Part shown: positions 1-12,562 of the stretch, one piece after another
Numbering within the stretch: position 1 is the stretch's first letter
Layout of the letters: every line of letters starts with the position of its first letter
Assembly (NCBI GenBank): GCA_038087875.1
Contig: CM075984.1
Location: forward strand, 34,100,001 to 34,164,000
Reading direction: 5' to 3'
DNA: 64,000 nucleotides
From: Malacoraja senta
Lineage: Eukaryota
Position numbers and translations under genes: made by a program
The notes under the pieces: generated by a model
Seen by the model: the letters and a program-made list of their open reading frames with translations, nothing else
The model's database searches: none
What the model was told of the DNA's origin: nothing

Positions 1-799
1 CACCTCAAAAACCTTAGAAACCATCATAGATTTCAGACGCAAACAAAACCTCAAACCCCCGGTCCATGTCAACTCCCATCCCATAACCTCCACGAACTTA
101 TTTAAGTTTCTGGGCACCTATATCTGCAATAATCTAAAATGGCACATCAATGCTGACCACATCATTAAGAAAGGACAACAACGACAACAAGGACAACAAC
201 GCCTATACTTCCTCAGACAGCTCAAGAAGTTCAGAGTTCACAAACACCTCCTGGTACGCTTCTATCAATCCATCATTGAAAGCATCATTACTTCCTCAAT
301 CACAGTCTGGTACGGAAACACTGACAGTCATTCACTACACAGAATACAGCGCATTGTCTCCAAGGCCTCTAGGATCATCAACTCTCCCCTCCCCTCAATC
401 CATTCCATTTACCTCCAACGTACCTCAAAACGGGCAACAAAGATCCCATCCAGCAAACCACCTTTTCTAGTCTCTCCCTTCAGGGAGGCGCCTTAGGTCA
501 CTTGCTACAAAATCCACCCGTTTTAAAAACAGTTTCTTCCCCATAGCAATAAGAACACTTAATTCCCTCCAATAACTTTTTGACTTTGATGTATACAGTG
601 TCTTGTCTATGGTTTTTGTCTGTTCTTTTGCACTATGTATTGTTGGTGAGATTTGTGATTTGTGATGTGCTTTATTATTATGATCTGTGTTGTTATTAGT
701 GTTAATGTGCTAAAGCAGTGTACCATCATGTACCGAACCCAATTACCACCAACCCTGGTCGTGTGGCAAATAAAGTTTCTATCTATCTATCTATCTATC
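1..799 (+). mobile_element. Rex1/Babar-like non-LTR retrotransposon 3' end
   Basis: RT C-terminal motifs FKFLG, QQRLYFLRQLKKF, IIESIITSSITVWYG; AATAAA then (CTAT)n tail. Confidence 0.85.
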
Positions 800-2151
800 A
801 TGCTAAGCAGTGGTCTTCATTCACAGTACAACATCAAGAATCTGTTCCCTACCAATAGCTTTGCATTCATGATTCATTCTACTCCAATTCCATCAACTCC
901 CTTCAAATCTCATGTATTGCAGATTCATAGCACTAAAAATAAAAACAGATTTTTTTCATTATTTGATGAAAACTCTTCCGAATAAGGTAAGTTCATTGAT
1001 CCAAAGCATCATGGTAAAACTCTCTCTCTCCCTCGCTAGCATCACCTCTCCTTAAGGCTTCTTCCATATTCAGCAAGATGGTCAACAACAGGAGCATCAA
1101 AGCCGAGCCCAATTCTACATGCACTTTGAGAAAGTGAGAGGAGGAAGAAAGAATGAGGGGAAAGATAAGGTGGGAGAGGAAAGAAGATAACCTTGTGAAC
1201 AAGAGAGACTGGAGAGCAAGAGTAAGATACAGATGAATTGGAGGAGGAAGGGAAACAAGCATTTTACAGCAAGATTTATTGGCTTGTGATCTGGAGTTGT
1301 AATCCAAGCTGAATTTATTATCTGCCAATCCCTGGAGAATTTTGGTGACACACTGGTGTAAATAGTAGAGTTGCTTCCTCATAGCTCCAATGGCGCAAAT
1401 TTAATCCTAACCCCTGGCACTGTCTGTGTGGAGCTTGAGTGTACTCGCTGAGACTATGTGGGTTTCTCCTGAATGCCTCAGTTACCTCTCAGATCCCAGA
1501 GATTGTAGGTTAACACTCCACTGTAAATTAACCTTATTGTATACTGTAGGTGAATGTGTAAATCAATGGACAGTTGATGGGAATGTGAAGAGTCCCCTGT
1601 ATCTCAGTCTGAAGAAAGGTCTTGACCCGATACGTCACCCATTCCTTCTCTCCAGAGAAGCTGCCTGTCCAGCTGAGTTACTCCAGCATTTTTGTGTCTA
1701 TCTTCGATGTAAATCAGCATCTGCAGTTCATTCCTACACAATCCTTTCACTCACTCAGCCTTCAAAATGAAGTACTGTGTGTACGTGTGCGTTCACCAGA
1801 TGGAACTCCAACTGACTTATGAAACATTTAAACTGATTGAATAGGCAAGACCTAAATATGAGACACATGTTTTAATCTGGAATCCTAGATTGGCAATAGG
1901 GTGTTAACAGCTCTTTAAATCAGCTCTTCCCTTTATATTAATCCCCATCTTGCCCTTTTCTGACAGTCTGTCTGTTTCTTTTATATTTGCACATTTCCCT
2001 TATGTCTCATTTCCCTTCAAACACCATTCCATTTCTTTCTCTTTGTCCAACCTCCCTCCTCACCCGTCCTTGTTCATCCTTGCACCTCAGTCTCCCCGGC
2101 ATGCACTCCTCTATACGACGTCATCATCCAAGTCAAGTCCAAATTCCTTAC

Positions 2152-2289
2152 ATGGTGGAAGAAGCCAGGTTACTGTCCTCCAGTTTGGTTTTCCCATCCA
2201 GCGCGATTCCATGTTTGCCTCGGTTGTCGGCCATTGTGGGCAAAAGCACATAGGTCTTTGAGAATGTGGAGCCTGCGGCAACCTGATCA
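2152..2289 (-). CDS. SAG: Arrestin exon 11 (gate loop); gene continues beyond window start
   Basis: [45 protein letters not shown]; 138 nt. Confidence 0.94.
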
Positions 2290-3020
2290 CTGTGTATTTA
2301 AAACAAAAACTAATATTTAGATGCACCATCTTATTTGATGGAAGCATATTTCCTCTCATTAAAGCACATTCAATCATCACATTCCTGAATCCCATCTACA
2401 GCAAGAAGTTTAATTCTAAAAATGGTGTTATTCCATCAAGGGATGTAATAAATGTATCACATTTCTTATGTAACTTATTTCTATCGGTCCTACATCTACA
2501 TGGCTTGGATGAAGTTTTGGATGACTGAAAGTATGTTGGGGAGGTCATGTCCTATGATGCATGTTCTTCTCATTCTGTCCAGACCTCAAAGAACTTAAAA
2601 AAAACAAAAACACAAAGTACCCGTGTAACTTAGCGGGCCTTGCAGTATCTCTGGAAGACAAGGATAGGCGACGCTTCATGTGAAGAAAATAGACTCTATC
2701 GTACCAGAAAGATTATTTGGGGAAATTGATGGGAATGTGGGGGAAAACAATTGGATTAGTGAAAATGGGTGTTTGAAGGTTAATATAGACTGGCTGTGCC
2801 TGAGGGCCTGTTTGCTGAAGGACATGATGTATGATTGAATCTATTTAAAAGTGAAAGTGATGAGACGCAAATGAGAAAAAATAACAGAGAACCAAGGCAA
2901 CTTGTAGTATAAGGATCCCAAATTATCTAAGACAGTCATACAGACGTCAGGATGTTTTCTAGCTTTTTTTAGCCTTGGTAGTCCAATGGGATTATTGAAT
3001 TTATACAACAATGTACTTAC

Positions 3021-3093
3021 TTTGCATCCTCCTCAGCAACCACCTCTGTGTATTTATCATTCGAGTACAGCACCACAGTGGTTGTTTGTTCAA
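3021..3093 (-). CDS. SAG: Arrestin exon 10
   Basis: VEQTTTVVLYSNDKYTEVVAEEDA; 73 nt. Confidence 0.93.
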
Positions 3094-4098
3094 CTGAAAA
3101 TGGAAAAAAAGGTATTTAGATCATGCGGTATTTATAGGTGAAAAAAATCTGATTGAGACAAAGTATCAACATTTCCACCATGACAAATTATGAAATATGG
3201 TTAATAAAATGTGAAGAACCAAGACAATTTAGAAGGCAACATTATAAAATAACTTTCAGAATGACAAATAAACACACTTTCGACTCGAACTAGGGATCAT
3301 TGTTTAAAATACACGGTTATTCATTTATGACATCTATGGGATGTTTTATTTTCTCTGAGGTTTAGAATCTTTACCATACTTCCTCAAAGAGCAGGAATAG
3401 ATTCTTGATAAAGGTTAAGAGGGGAAAAGATTATTACTAGATAGAAATGTGATGTTTGGGTTACAATCAATCTGAATAAATGGTGGAATAGGCTGACAGA
3501 CATACTCCTGCTCCTAATCCATCTGTTTGTTCATGCCTCCTCTGTCAGAGAGTTGGAGTGACATTGACACTCACTCATGCAGCTTTGTTTACCCAGAAAC
3601 CAAGGCAGGCATTTACTCAGAAACCCACGAGGCAATCACTGGCTGCTGAGACAGAAGCATGAGCTTTATAGGATTAAATCTTGATCAACTTTTATGTACA
3701 AAAACTTCAAAGCCGTCCAATGGGTAGAAGGCATGGGGTTGAGTGGGGAAAATAGATCAGCCACGATTAAATGGCGGTGTAGTCTCGATGGGCCGTATGT
3801 CCTCATTCTGCCATATGGTCTTGCAACCACCATTCTCACCTCAAGCCTTTGCTGCTTATTCCACTCACCTGACAATCATCCCCTCCCCCACACCTGTATC
3901 CACCTATCACCCGCTAGACTTTCTTCCTTCCCCACCTCTATTTTCCAGCTCTCTCCACCCAACTCCAATTAGACCCAAAACATTATCTGTCCATTCCCTC
4001 CACAAATGCTGCCTGGTCTGTGGAGTTCCTCCAGCACCTTGTGTTTTGCTCAACATTCTGGCATCTGCAGTTTCTTGTGTCACCAGGTGTGCTCATAC

Positions 4099-4183
4099 CT
4101 GTAACTTTGATGCTCTTCACATGTTTGTTGGAGTTATTTGTCACTTGAACATTGATGTTGATGGGATCCCCGTGGTAATATAT
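4099..4183 (-). CDS. SAG: Arrestin exon 9
   Basis: [28 protein letters not shown]; 85 nt. Confidence 0.94.
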
Positions 4184-4753
4184 CTGAGGAGTAAAAATAA
4201 TCATCAGCTTAAATATTGTCCTTTTCTGTCTCCACTAAAACCAGTCACTCTTTCTGGTGCCTCATTCAATTGCCAAAGTTCATTCACAAAATGACTGAGA
4301 AAAATTCGGCATGGAAACAGGCCCTTTCTCCCACCTAGTCCACGTTGACCATTGATCACTCATTCACACTAGTTCTATGTTATCACACTCTCACATCCAG
4401 CCCCCTCACATTAGGAGCAATTTACGGAGGCCAATTAGCCTAAAGAAATTCACATCTTTGGGATGAGGCAGAAAATTGTAGCACCCGGAAGAAACCCACA
4501 CGGTCACAGGGAGAATGTACAAACTCAACGCAGTCAGCACCTGAGGTCAGGATCAAAACCAGGTCTCTGGCAAAATGTGGAAGCAGCTTTACCAGCTGTG
4601 CAAGTGGACTCTTTTTTATAAAAATTCAGATTTGGGCATTGTTGGCAATGACAGCATTTATCGCCTATCGTTCAAAGATATTGATTGGTAGATTAGCCTT
4701 CAGCATTCAAGGAGTGAAGTATTTACTTGGGGCTTCTATCGTGCGGCCCTCAC

Positions 4754-4889
4754 CTCTTTATTCAGGGATGCCATCAGCTGAAGAGGCTGGTCGGACATGA
4801 GGAAATGCTTGCTGATGTGAGTACTTGGCAGTGGCCCGGCTCGATCTGGAGCATACTGCACTTTACGGATAGTCATGCGCACAGAACTT
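4754..4889 (-). CDS. SAG: Arrestin exon 8 (polar-core Arg)
   Basis: [45 protein letters not shown]; 136 nt. Confidence 0.94.
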
Positions 4890-5095
4890 CTAGATAAGGA
4901 AACAAGACAGACATTTATCAGTCAGAAACCAGCTAAAGTAATTAAAAAATAAAATCTGATTATGAAAGTTGATTTCAGTAATATGTCACAGAAAGGAACT
5001 TTTCACCTTTTCATGCCTACCAGACATAGAATGTAGAACAGTACAGAGGAACAAGCCCTTCGGCTCCTGATTTCTGTGTTGAACGTGATACTATA

Positions 5096-5754
5096 AATTA
5101 CGCGACCTCGTGATCGCGTTGAGGCGCACGGGCATCGTATGGCCGTACGGGGCCGGTCCCACTTAGAAGCGCGGAAGGGTATGTAGTTGTGCTGACATCA
5201 CGCGGGGCTCAGAAATTTTTGTAGTGAACAAAATCTTCGCGCGCCAATGGCCTGTTGCGGAACTGACGGCCAAAGTGGGACAGGCCCAAGACCCTGGCGT
5301 GACACAACGTCTCACCTTCAACAGCAGCAGAAGCAGGCAAACAATCGCCGAACTCGGCCTGCAACTCATGGCCGTTGCGGTCCGGATCCGCCCCCACTTC
5401 TACTCCCAGAGCGGGGCCAAGAATATTGAAGATAGACACAAAATGCAGGAGTAACTCGGCGGGACCGGCAGCATCTCTGGAGAGAAGCAATGGGTGACGT
5501 TATGTGTCAAGACCCTTCTTTTCAGACTGAAGAAGAGTCTCGACATGAAACGTCACCCATTCCTTCTCTCCAGAGATGCTGCCGGTCCCGCTGAGTTACT
5601 CCAGCTTTGTGTCCATCTTCAAATGATGTCACGCGCTCCAGACGGCTGAGCGTACGCATGAAATCGCGCCCGACCTTCGCGGGGCTATTGCGGCTCAACG
5701 CGACCACGAGGTCATGTAATTTGAGTGCCAAGGACACGTAAATGGGATAGGCCC
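5096..5754. mobile_element. GC-rich MITE, possibly PIF/Harbinger-like, with nested Penelope-derived pair
   Basis: Inverted repeat about 5096-5124 / 5694-5722; right end GGGATAGGCCC followed by TTA; interrupts a CR1 3' fragment. Confidence 0.55.
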
Positions 5755-6907
5755 TTAAATTTTCCTAATTCGTTCCTGCTGTACATGATTGAAATCTTTC
5801 CATTCCCTGTCTATCCATGTGCCGATCAAAAAACCTCTTAAATGTCATTATTGTGTATCTGCTTCCACCACCACTCCTGATAGCATGTCCAGCTGAGGAA
5901 GCTGTGTAAAAAAAACTTGCCCCATGCATCTCCTTTAAACTTTGCTCCTTCAAGATATAATAATACTTGCCTGATTCTTAACGCCCTAAAGGGACTTCCT
6001 GATTAGAAATAATAACTGAATCACAAATTCTTCCTGCATTCAAAAAGTTTTTTTAAAAACCTCACAATTTAGATACAACAAAACTATTTTTACTCTGTCT
6101 CACCAGTCACTCACAGGGCAGATAAAGGTTAGATGTAAAAATGTAAAAAATCTTATACAGCACTCAATATCTTTATTTAACATGGATATCGCTGGTAAAG
6201 CCAGTATTATTGTACATTCCAAATTATCTTCAATAAGCTGGTGCAGGGTTGACGTTTTCATGTCCGCTACCTTTATCCCTCATAGCTGCAGTGATTAAGG
6301 GGTTTTTAAGAGGTATTTGGAGGTACTGTTGTGGTGCTAGACAAGTAACTGCAAAGTGCTTTGTAGATGGTACATACTGCAGCTACCATGCATGGCGGGA
6401 GGAGAGAATTAATGTTTAAGGTGATGAATGGGTACTAATCAAGTGGGCACCTTTGGGTAATGTTAAACTTTCTGAGTGTGCTGGAGCTGCATTCATCCAG
6501 ACAAATGGACATCTATCATCACGTTTCTGATTTGTGCCATGTAGAGAGTGGAAAAGCTTTGGGATAATTCACCCACTATTGGGTACCCAGCCTCTAAGTT
6601 GTTCTTGCACCCACATATCTGGGTGTTTGGTCTAGTTGTACTTCTGTTTAGTGGTGACCCCAAGGAGGTTGATGATGAATTATGAAATGATAAATTAACT
6701 AAAACTAATTAAACTAGCAAATAGTTTGCACCAATGATTCATTAATGACCCATTGACAATTCACAATTCTTTGCATCTTTGTTTCACTCATCTAATTTCA
6801 GCCGGTAATTATCAAACTTAATTATACCGAGGCAATGACAGGTATGTCATGTGTCACTTGATCACTTATTGCAGAACATTAGTTTAGCTTAGTTTATTGT
6901 CACGTAC

Positions 6908-6975
6908 CTTTTACGGATCTTTTCCTCGAGATTGCTCACGCAGAAAGCTATTATCTCAAAATCTACGGAACAAAG
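6908..6975 (-). CDS. SAG: Arrestin exon 7
   Basis: LCSVDFEIIAFCVSNLEEKIRK; 68 nt. Confidence 0.9.
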
Positions 6976-8003
6976 CTGCAGAGAAATCAGAAACATCAGA
7001 AGTTGTAGTTATCCAGCAGGGGAGGGGAGGTAATAAAGAGATCAGGTCCAGGCTGTTAGTTCATGAACACTGTCAGGTTACAAATCAACAGAAGAATATT
7101 CATTGTAAGTTATCAGTCCATTGGGCACGGACCATTTCCAATTCATGTATTCACTGGAGCGGACCCATGCTAGGTTACAGGACCATGAATGATGATTCAT
7201 TATGAATGAATGGTCTGTGGAGCATTGACACATTCTAGATTATAATCATGTGCACTGATTAATGGATAATGATTTGTTCTAAATTGCAGATTCAGGATCT
7301 CATTCTAGATTATAAATTCATGCACTAAATTTCTCATTTTCAAGTACTTGCTCACTATCTTTCAGAGACACTTATAGAATGAGCTTGTGACATTTTTTTC
7401 AGGAGGAATATGCCAGATTCCAACAACTCCAAGTCAAAGACTGCCTCACCGCTCACTTAGATTTCTTGCCAACGATATCGAATCAGCGGGAAGTCATTAA
7501 TACTACTGTCAAAAATAAAGATTCACTGCTTTAAGGCAGAGGCAAAACTATTTATTTTCTCTCAAAATCACCATCTTTTGCAACTCTCTTCCTCAAAAAT
7601 CTTGGAAGTAGTGCTTCTCAATACATGTTGGAAGGATTCTTGATAAGGGGGCTTAAAGTGAACATGCGTACCTTGGAATGCAGTTCAATTCAGCCACAAT
7701 CATAAATGGCAGAGCAGGTTCCAGAATTCAAGTGGCCAACATCAACAACTAACTTGTATATTCCATGAGATTACCCTTGACCATCTCTTTTCAAAGAAGA
7801 AAAGTCCTAATGCAAGACTCATCATGTAATGATCCTCATTCCTGGTAAACTTCTTTTCAACAGTTTCTAAGGACTTTCCTGACTCGGTGTACCGAGAATT
7901 GCTTCGACTAAGTAATTAATATTTAACCTATCCACTTAAACATATTCTATGCCTTCAGAAATGCAAATAACCAATATGCTTTATAAGCCACATCATCAAC
8001 CTC

Positions 8004-8138
8004 CTGTTTAAGAAGGAACTGCAGATGCTGGAACAATCAAAGGTAGACAAAAATGCTGGAGAAACTCAGCGGGCGAGGCAGCATCTGTGGAGTGAAGGAA
8101 TGGGTGACGTTTCAGGTTGAGACCCTTCTTCAGACCCT
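8004..8138 (-). mobile_element. Penelope-derived short repeat with minimal hammerhead motif
   Basis: GGGT-CTGAAGA-stem-GAAAC-GTC-ACCC on minus strand; 11-bp flanking duplication TCATCAACCTC. Confidence 0.75.
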
Positions 8139-8521
8139 TCATCAACCTCTTCTGTGATTTTGAAGCATTTCTTTGAGGGACACTCATGTTTCTTCTCATC
8201 CATTTGAAAAATAGTGCCATTTGTACCAAACTGTATTTCAACACTGTCCTTCCATAACTGATATACTTCATACTTTTCAAATTTGAACTACAACTGACAT
8301 ATCTCATCCTATGTTATCATCCTATTTCTCATTCTTAAGTGCAGCAAGAAAATGTATCCTCACCAAAACACTGTAAAGTTTTGGATTGTCTTCAAATTTT
8401 GTATCCAAGCATCCAAGTTTATAAAATTGAAGTGTTGGCCCCAACAGTTCACATCCGAGAAACATTGCACAACAGCCCACACCTGAATAGCACCATTGCT
8501 GCTATCCTCGGTTTCCTGCCT

Positions 8522-10217
8522 TTTTTTAAATTATTTTTTTATTTTAATTTTTTATTTATTTATTTTTTAATTTATATATTTATTTATTTATTAGAAGTAA
8601 GTACATTACATTTTGATGGTACCTTTTTACAGGTTCCCAGAATTATTAAAACATTCTATGTACAACTTCCTTTTTTTTTTTTTAGAAAGAAAGAAATGAG
8701 AAAGAAAGAAGTAGTGAAGAGTAAAGAAAAGTCTAGTGAGTGTGAGATAAAGAAAAGAAATAAGTAAGAAAGTGAAGCAGAAAGGAGATTCTCCCTCGCC
8801 ACAAGTCGATGCTTTTTTATATTCTTAATCATTTTTCGCCCAAACCCAGAATTTTTTAATTTTACAATACTATTGCACCACATGAATCCACAAGGTCAAT
8901 AAATGGAGACCAACTCGTTAAGAATTGGTCTTGTTTATCTATTAGGAGTCTCATTTCTTCCAAGTGGGCAGTTTCCAACATATTATCAATCCACATTTTG
9001 AGTGTTGGTATAGTAGCATTTTTCCAAAATTTAAGTACGAGTTTTTTTGCTATTATTAAACCATAATTAAAAAATGAAATTTGGGATATATTTAATTTGT
9101 TTCCGTCTCCTATTACTCCGAAGATAATCGTTTCCATATTAGGTTCCATTTTTATCTTAAATAAACTAGTAAATATATCAAATATATCACACCAAAATCC
9201 ATGAAGTTTTGTGCAAGAAACGAAAGAATGTGTGACATTGGCATTTTGAGAAAGACATTTATCGCAGATGGGAGAAATATTTGGATAGAATTTATTCAAC
9301 CTAGCTTTTGAATTATATAATCTATGTAATATTTTAAATTGAATTAAATTATGTCTGGCGTTAATCGAACATTTATGTATATATATCAAATACCTCTCCC
9401 ATGTTTCTTTAGAAATTGTTGTCATTAATTCTTTTTCCCAGTTTTCTCTAATTGCCTCTGTTGATGGCAATTCTCTATTAAGAATACTATTATATAAATA
9501 TGATATTCATTTTTGTGAGTCCGCCTTAATATTCATTGCTTCTTCCAATGGGTCTATCATTATGCTCTGTAGTCTTGGTATATATTTTTTTATAAAGTCA
9601 CATATCTGTAAATATTTAAAGTATTGGTTATTATTCAGATTAAATTTTTATTTTAATTGTTGAAATGATAATAAATTTCCCATTTCATACATGTCCCCCA
9701 CCTTTTTAATTCCCAATCTTTCCCATTGTCTATATGTTTTATCCATAAAAGATGGTTTAAATACCGAGTTATTCACTATTGGTGTTAATGATGATAAGTT
9801 CCTTAATTTTAAAGTTAATTTTATTTGTTTCCAAATTCGAATTATATTATGTATAATTGGATTCTTCTTATATAATGTATTATTCAATTTTATCGGAGAG
9901 AAGAGGATCGCTCCTAAATCGTACGGAAAACAATCGTCTTTCTCCATTCTTATCCATTCCATCTGTTGAGAAGGGCAGTCCAACCAATAAAAGATATTCT
10001 TAATATGCACTGCCCAATAATAATATAAAAAATTAGGCAGTGCAAGTCCCCCTACATCTTTAGGTTTACACAGATGATTTCTTTTAATTCTATGTGCTTT
10101 GTAGTCCCAAATAAAATTAGTAATATTAGAGTCTAGTTTTTTTAAGAAATATTTTGGTATATATATTGGTATGGATTGAAATAAATATATTATTTGTGGT
10201 AGAAATATCATTTTTAT
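8522..10217 (-). mobile_element. 5'-truncated L1/Tx1-type LINE
   Basis: ORF2 C-terminal ORFs (GGLALPN; CDKC..H..C zinc knuckle); A-rich tail; 11-bp TSD GTTTCCTGCCT at 8511-8521 and 10218-10228. Confidence 0.9.
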
Positions 10218-11029
10218 GTTTCCTGCCTCTTAATTACTTCACATACAGACTGCCAATTTTCCCTTAATTTATCTTTGGTCTTCTCAACAAGCCACCTTGT
10301 GGCTCTTCATTGAACTGCTTCACTCTGTTACCTTCAGCAGATTCAATCAGGTGAGTTGGTGTAATTTACCTCCAGCAAATCCATTTCACCTCTCCGTGGT
10401 CATTCACTGCCTTTCTAACTAACACATGATTTTGTCCCTGATAATGGCTTCTAATCTTTACTTCACCAGTGATGTTAACCTGACTATCAGTTTTCTCCTG
10501 CTTTCCCCTTTCCTTCCTATTACCAGTGTTCATATTCTTAACTATAGCATTCCTGGCTACTGCATGATTTCTGTATTCATCAAGAATGTAAGGATTATGG
10601 CTGCTGTCTCTACTAGTTTATTTCTCTCAGTCTATAGACCAAGTGATTTATTTACCTTAAATGCAATAATTTTCTTAACATGTCATCCCTAGTGGTACCT
10701 CGAACATGCTTCCCTTGCTTCCCAATCTCACTCCGTGTTATTCGATATATTAGTTACCAAAATTATAGTTCATCGGTTTGGATGCTACTCTGTAAATCAT
10801 TCTCCATTTGGACCAGGTACATTTGGCCTATTCTACACAACCAAAATACATTAAAAATGTAAATTAGCTTAAGGCAAATCTAGAAATTAAAATTTAAAAC
10901 AGCATTTGAATTTGGACCAGCTTCAATTTCATCAGGTGATCTTCATTTTGAGCGATTTTGGTGGCATTAATAAGGAGCGGTTTTAGACTGTTATAGAACA
11001 TTGAATCACGACTGTCATTAGAGACCTAC

Positions 11030-11089
11030 CTTGTCTGGATCATTGGCACCAGGCTGAAGATAAACAGAGCAGGGCAGATAATTTGGGAA
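11030..11089 (-). CDS. SAG: Arrestin exon 6
   Basis: FPNYLPCSVYLQPGANDPDK; 60 nt. Confidence 0.93.
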
Positions 11090-11180
11090 CTGTTAAAAGA
11101 AAGGACAGAAATACATATTATGGCAGGTCATAAATAACACTTAAAATAAGAACATCTGGTTATGCAAGATTATTAACAAC

Positions 11181-11377
11181 CTGAAAAGAGAAAGGCAAAG
11201 CTTTGTCTCCAATCTTCTTCATCAAGCGTTCCTGCAGCTTGGTTAGTGATTTCAATTCCTCGCCTGTTTGAGGGTACACCTGGACAGTAGATATATACAG
11301 GTCCCTTATAAAAGCCTGTCCGATCATCTCAGTGTCCTCTGGTCCATAATGGAAAGTACATTTCAGTCTGCAATAAA
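11181..11377 (-). CDS. SAG: Arrestin exon 5 (finger loop)
   Basis: VYCRLKCTFHYGPEDTEMIGQAFIRDLYISTVQVYPQTGEELKSLTKLQERLMKKIGDKALPFSFQ; 197 nt. Confidence 0.93.
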
Positions 11378-12517
11378 CTGGAGAGGCAATAATAGTGAAG
11401 ATTAGAGAGTTCGAGAATAATTTAAATTACACTGGATATACTGGGCAAGTCAGCTGGTTCCATAAAGGATCAAACATGCTGCTTATTGCTGGATCGTTCA
11501 GATGTGAGAATCTGATCAGAGGGAACTAACAATTCATTGTGATCTTTCCACAGATTTCTTGGAAGCTACTTATGATTTATCCTGAATCCCTACTATTAAG
11601 TTTGACGAAGCGCCTTTCGTATGCAACTTTGCTTCGTTTTTTCTGGGCTTCAAACATACAGCACAACCCACTTCCGTCAAATTATATTAATCTGGCAGCG
11701 CTTTTCATTCCTGAATCTGTATTTATTTGTCCATGGATTATTATTATGGAGATGAGCTTTGAAGCAATTCCTGATAATCAAATTCATTGATCTTATATTG
11801 GTAAAAGACACACAGTGGGTCTTTTGTCTGTGGCTGGTTTATTCCTTCTTTCTTTAGGCACCATTTGCATTTTCCACTGCCAAGGAGGGTGGTAATCTGA
11901 GGAAACGGGTTTATAAGTTAACACCAAGAACAATGGGAAGATGAGGTTTCTATATTATTAGCACTATGCACAGGAATGCACTGTCTGGTGGGGTGGTGGT
12001 ATTTAATCCAGAAACAACTTTCAAACGAGGACTGGTTAACTTCTTGATATGGAAATAAATTGTGGGAATAGAGTTGGGGACTAAATCTGATTGAATGCAA
12101 TGTTCAAACACAGGGCATTGCCTAGTTGTCTGCTTGGGTACACAATTAAACCCAGGGCTACTAGGTTTCTCAGGGCAACTAGGTTTCAGTAATAAACATT
12201 GGCCTTCACACATAGGTCCTCATGTTCAGAATGAATTTAAAAATAAATTACATTAAACAGATCAACATCTCCACAAAAACAGGAATGAAAAGAAGCTGTG
12301 TAAGTGAGTAAAATATTTCTCCTAACATCAGACGCAGGGGCTCCATGGTCTCATTTTTTAATGTTGAGCAAGAACTCTAACCAAATCTGGTCATTCCACT
12401 TTCACAGATTGCCAAATATTATTGGATTAAAAATGAAATATTGAGAGGTTTTGTTAAAGACTTTGTACAATTGATAATGCCAGGAAATTTTAATACTGCA
12501 GATGGTAAAGATCTCAC

Positions 12518-12562
12518 CTTTTTGTTCCCTTACGTAACCGGTGTCCACCAACAGCACACCAT
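12518..12562 (-). CDS. SAG: Arrestin exon 4
   Basis: DGVLLVDTGYVREQK; 45 nt. Confidence 0.92.

Noticed and set aside
993-1382. 129-aa minus-strand ORF with a pyrimidine tract, considered as arrestin exon 12 or an alternative last exon
   Set aside because: No frame resembles the expected GILVSY-type exon; low-complexity sequence
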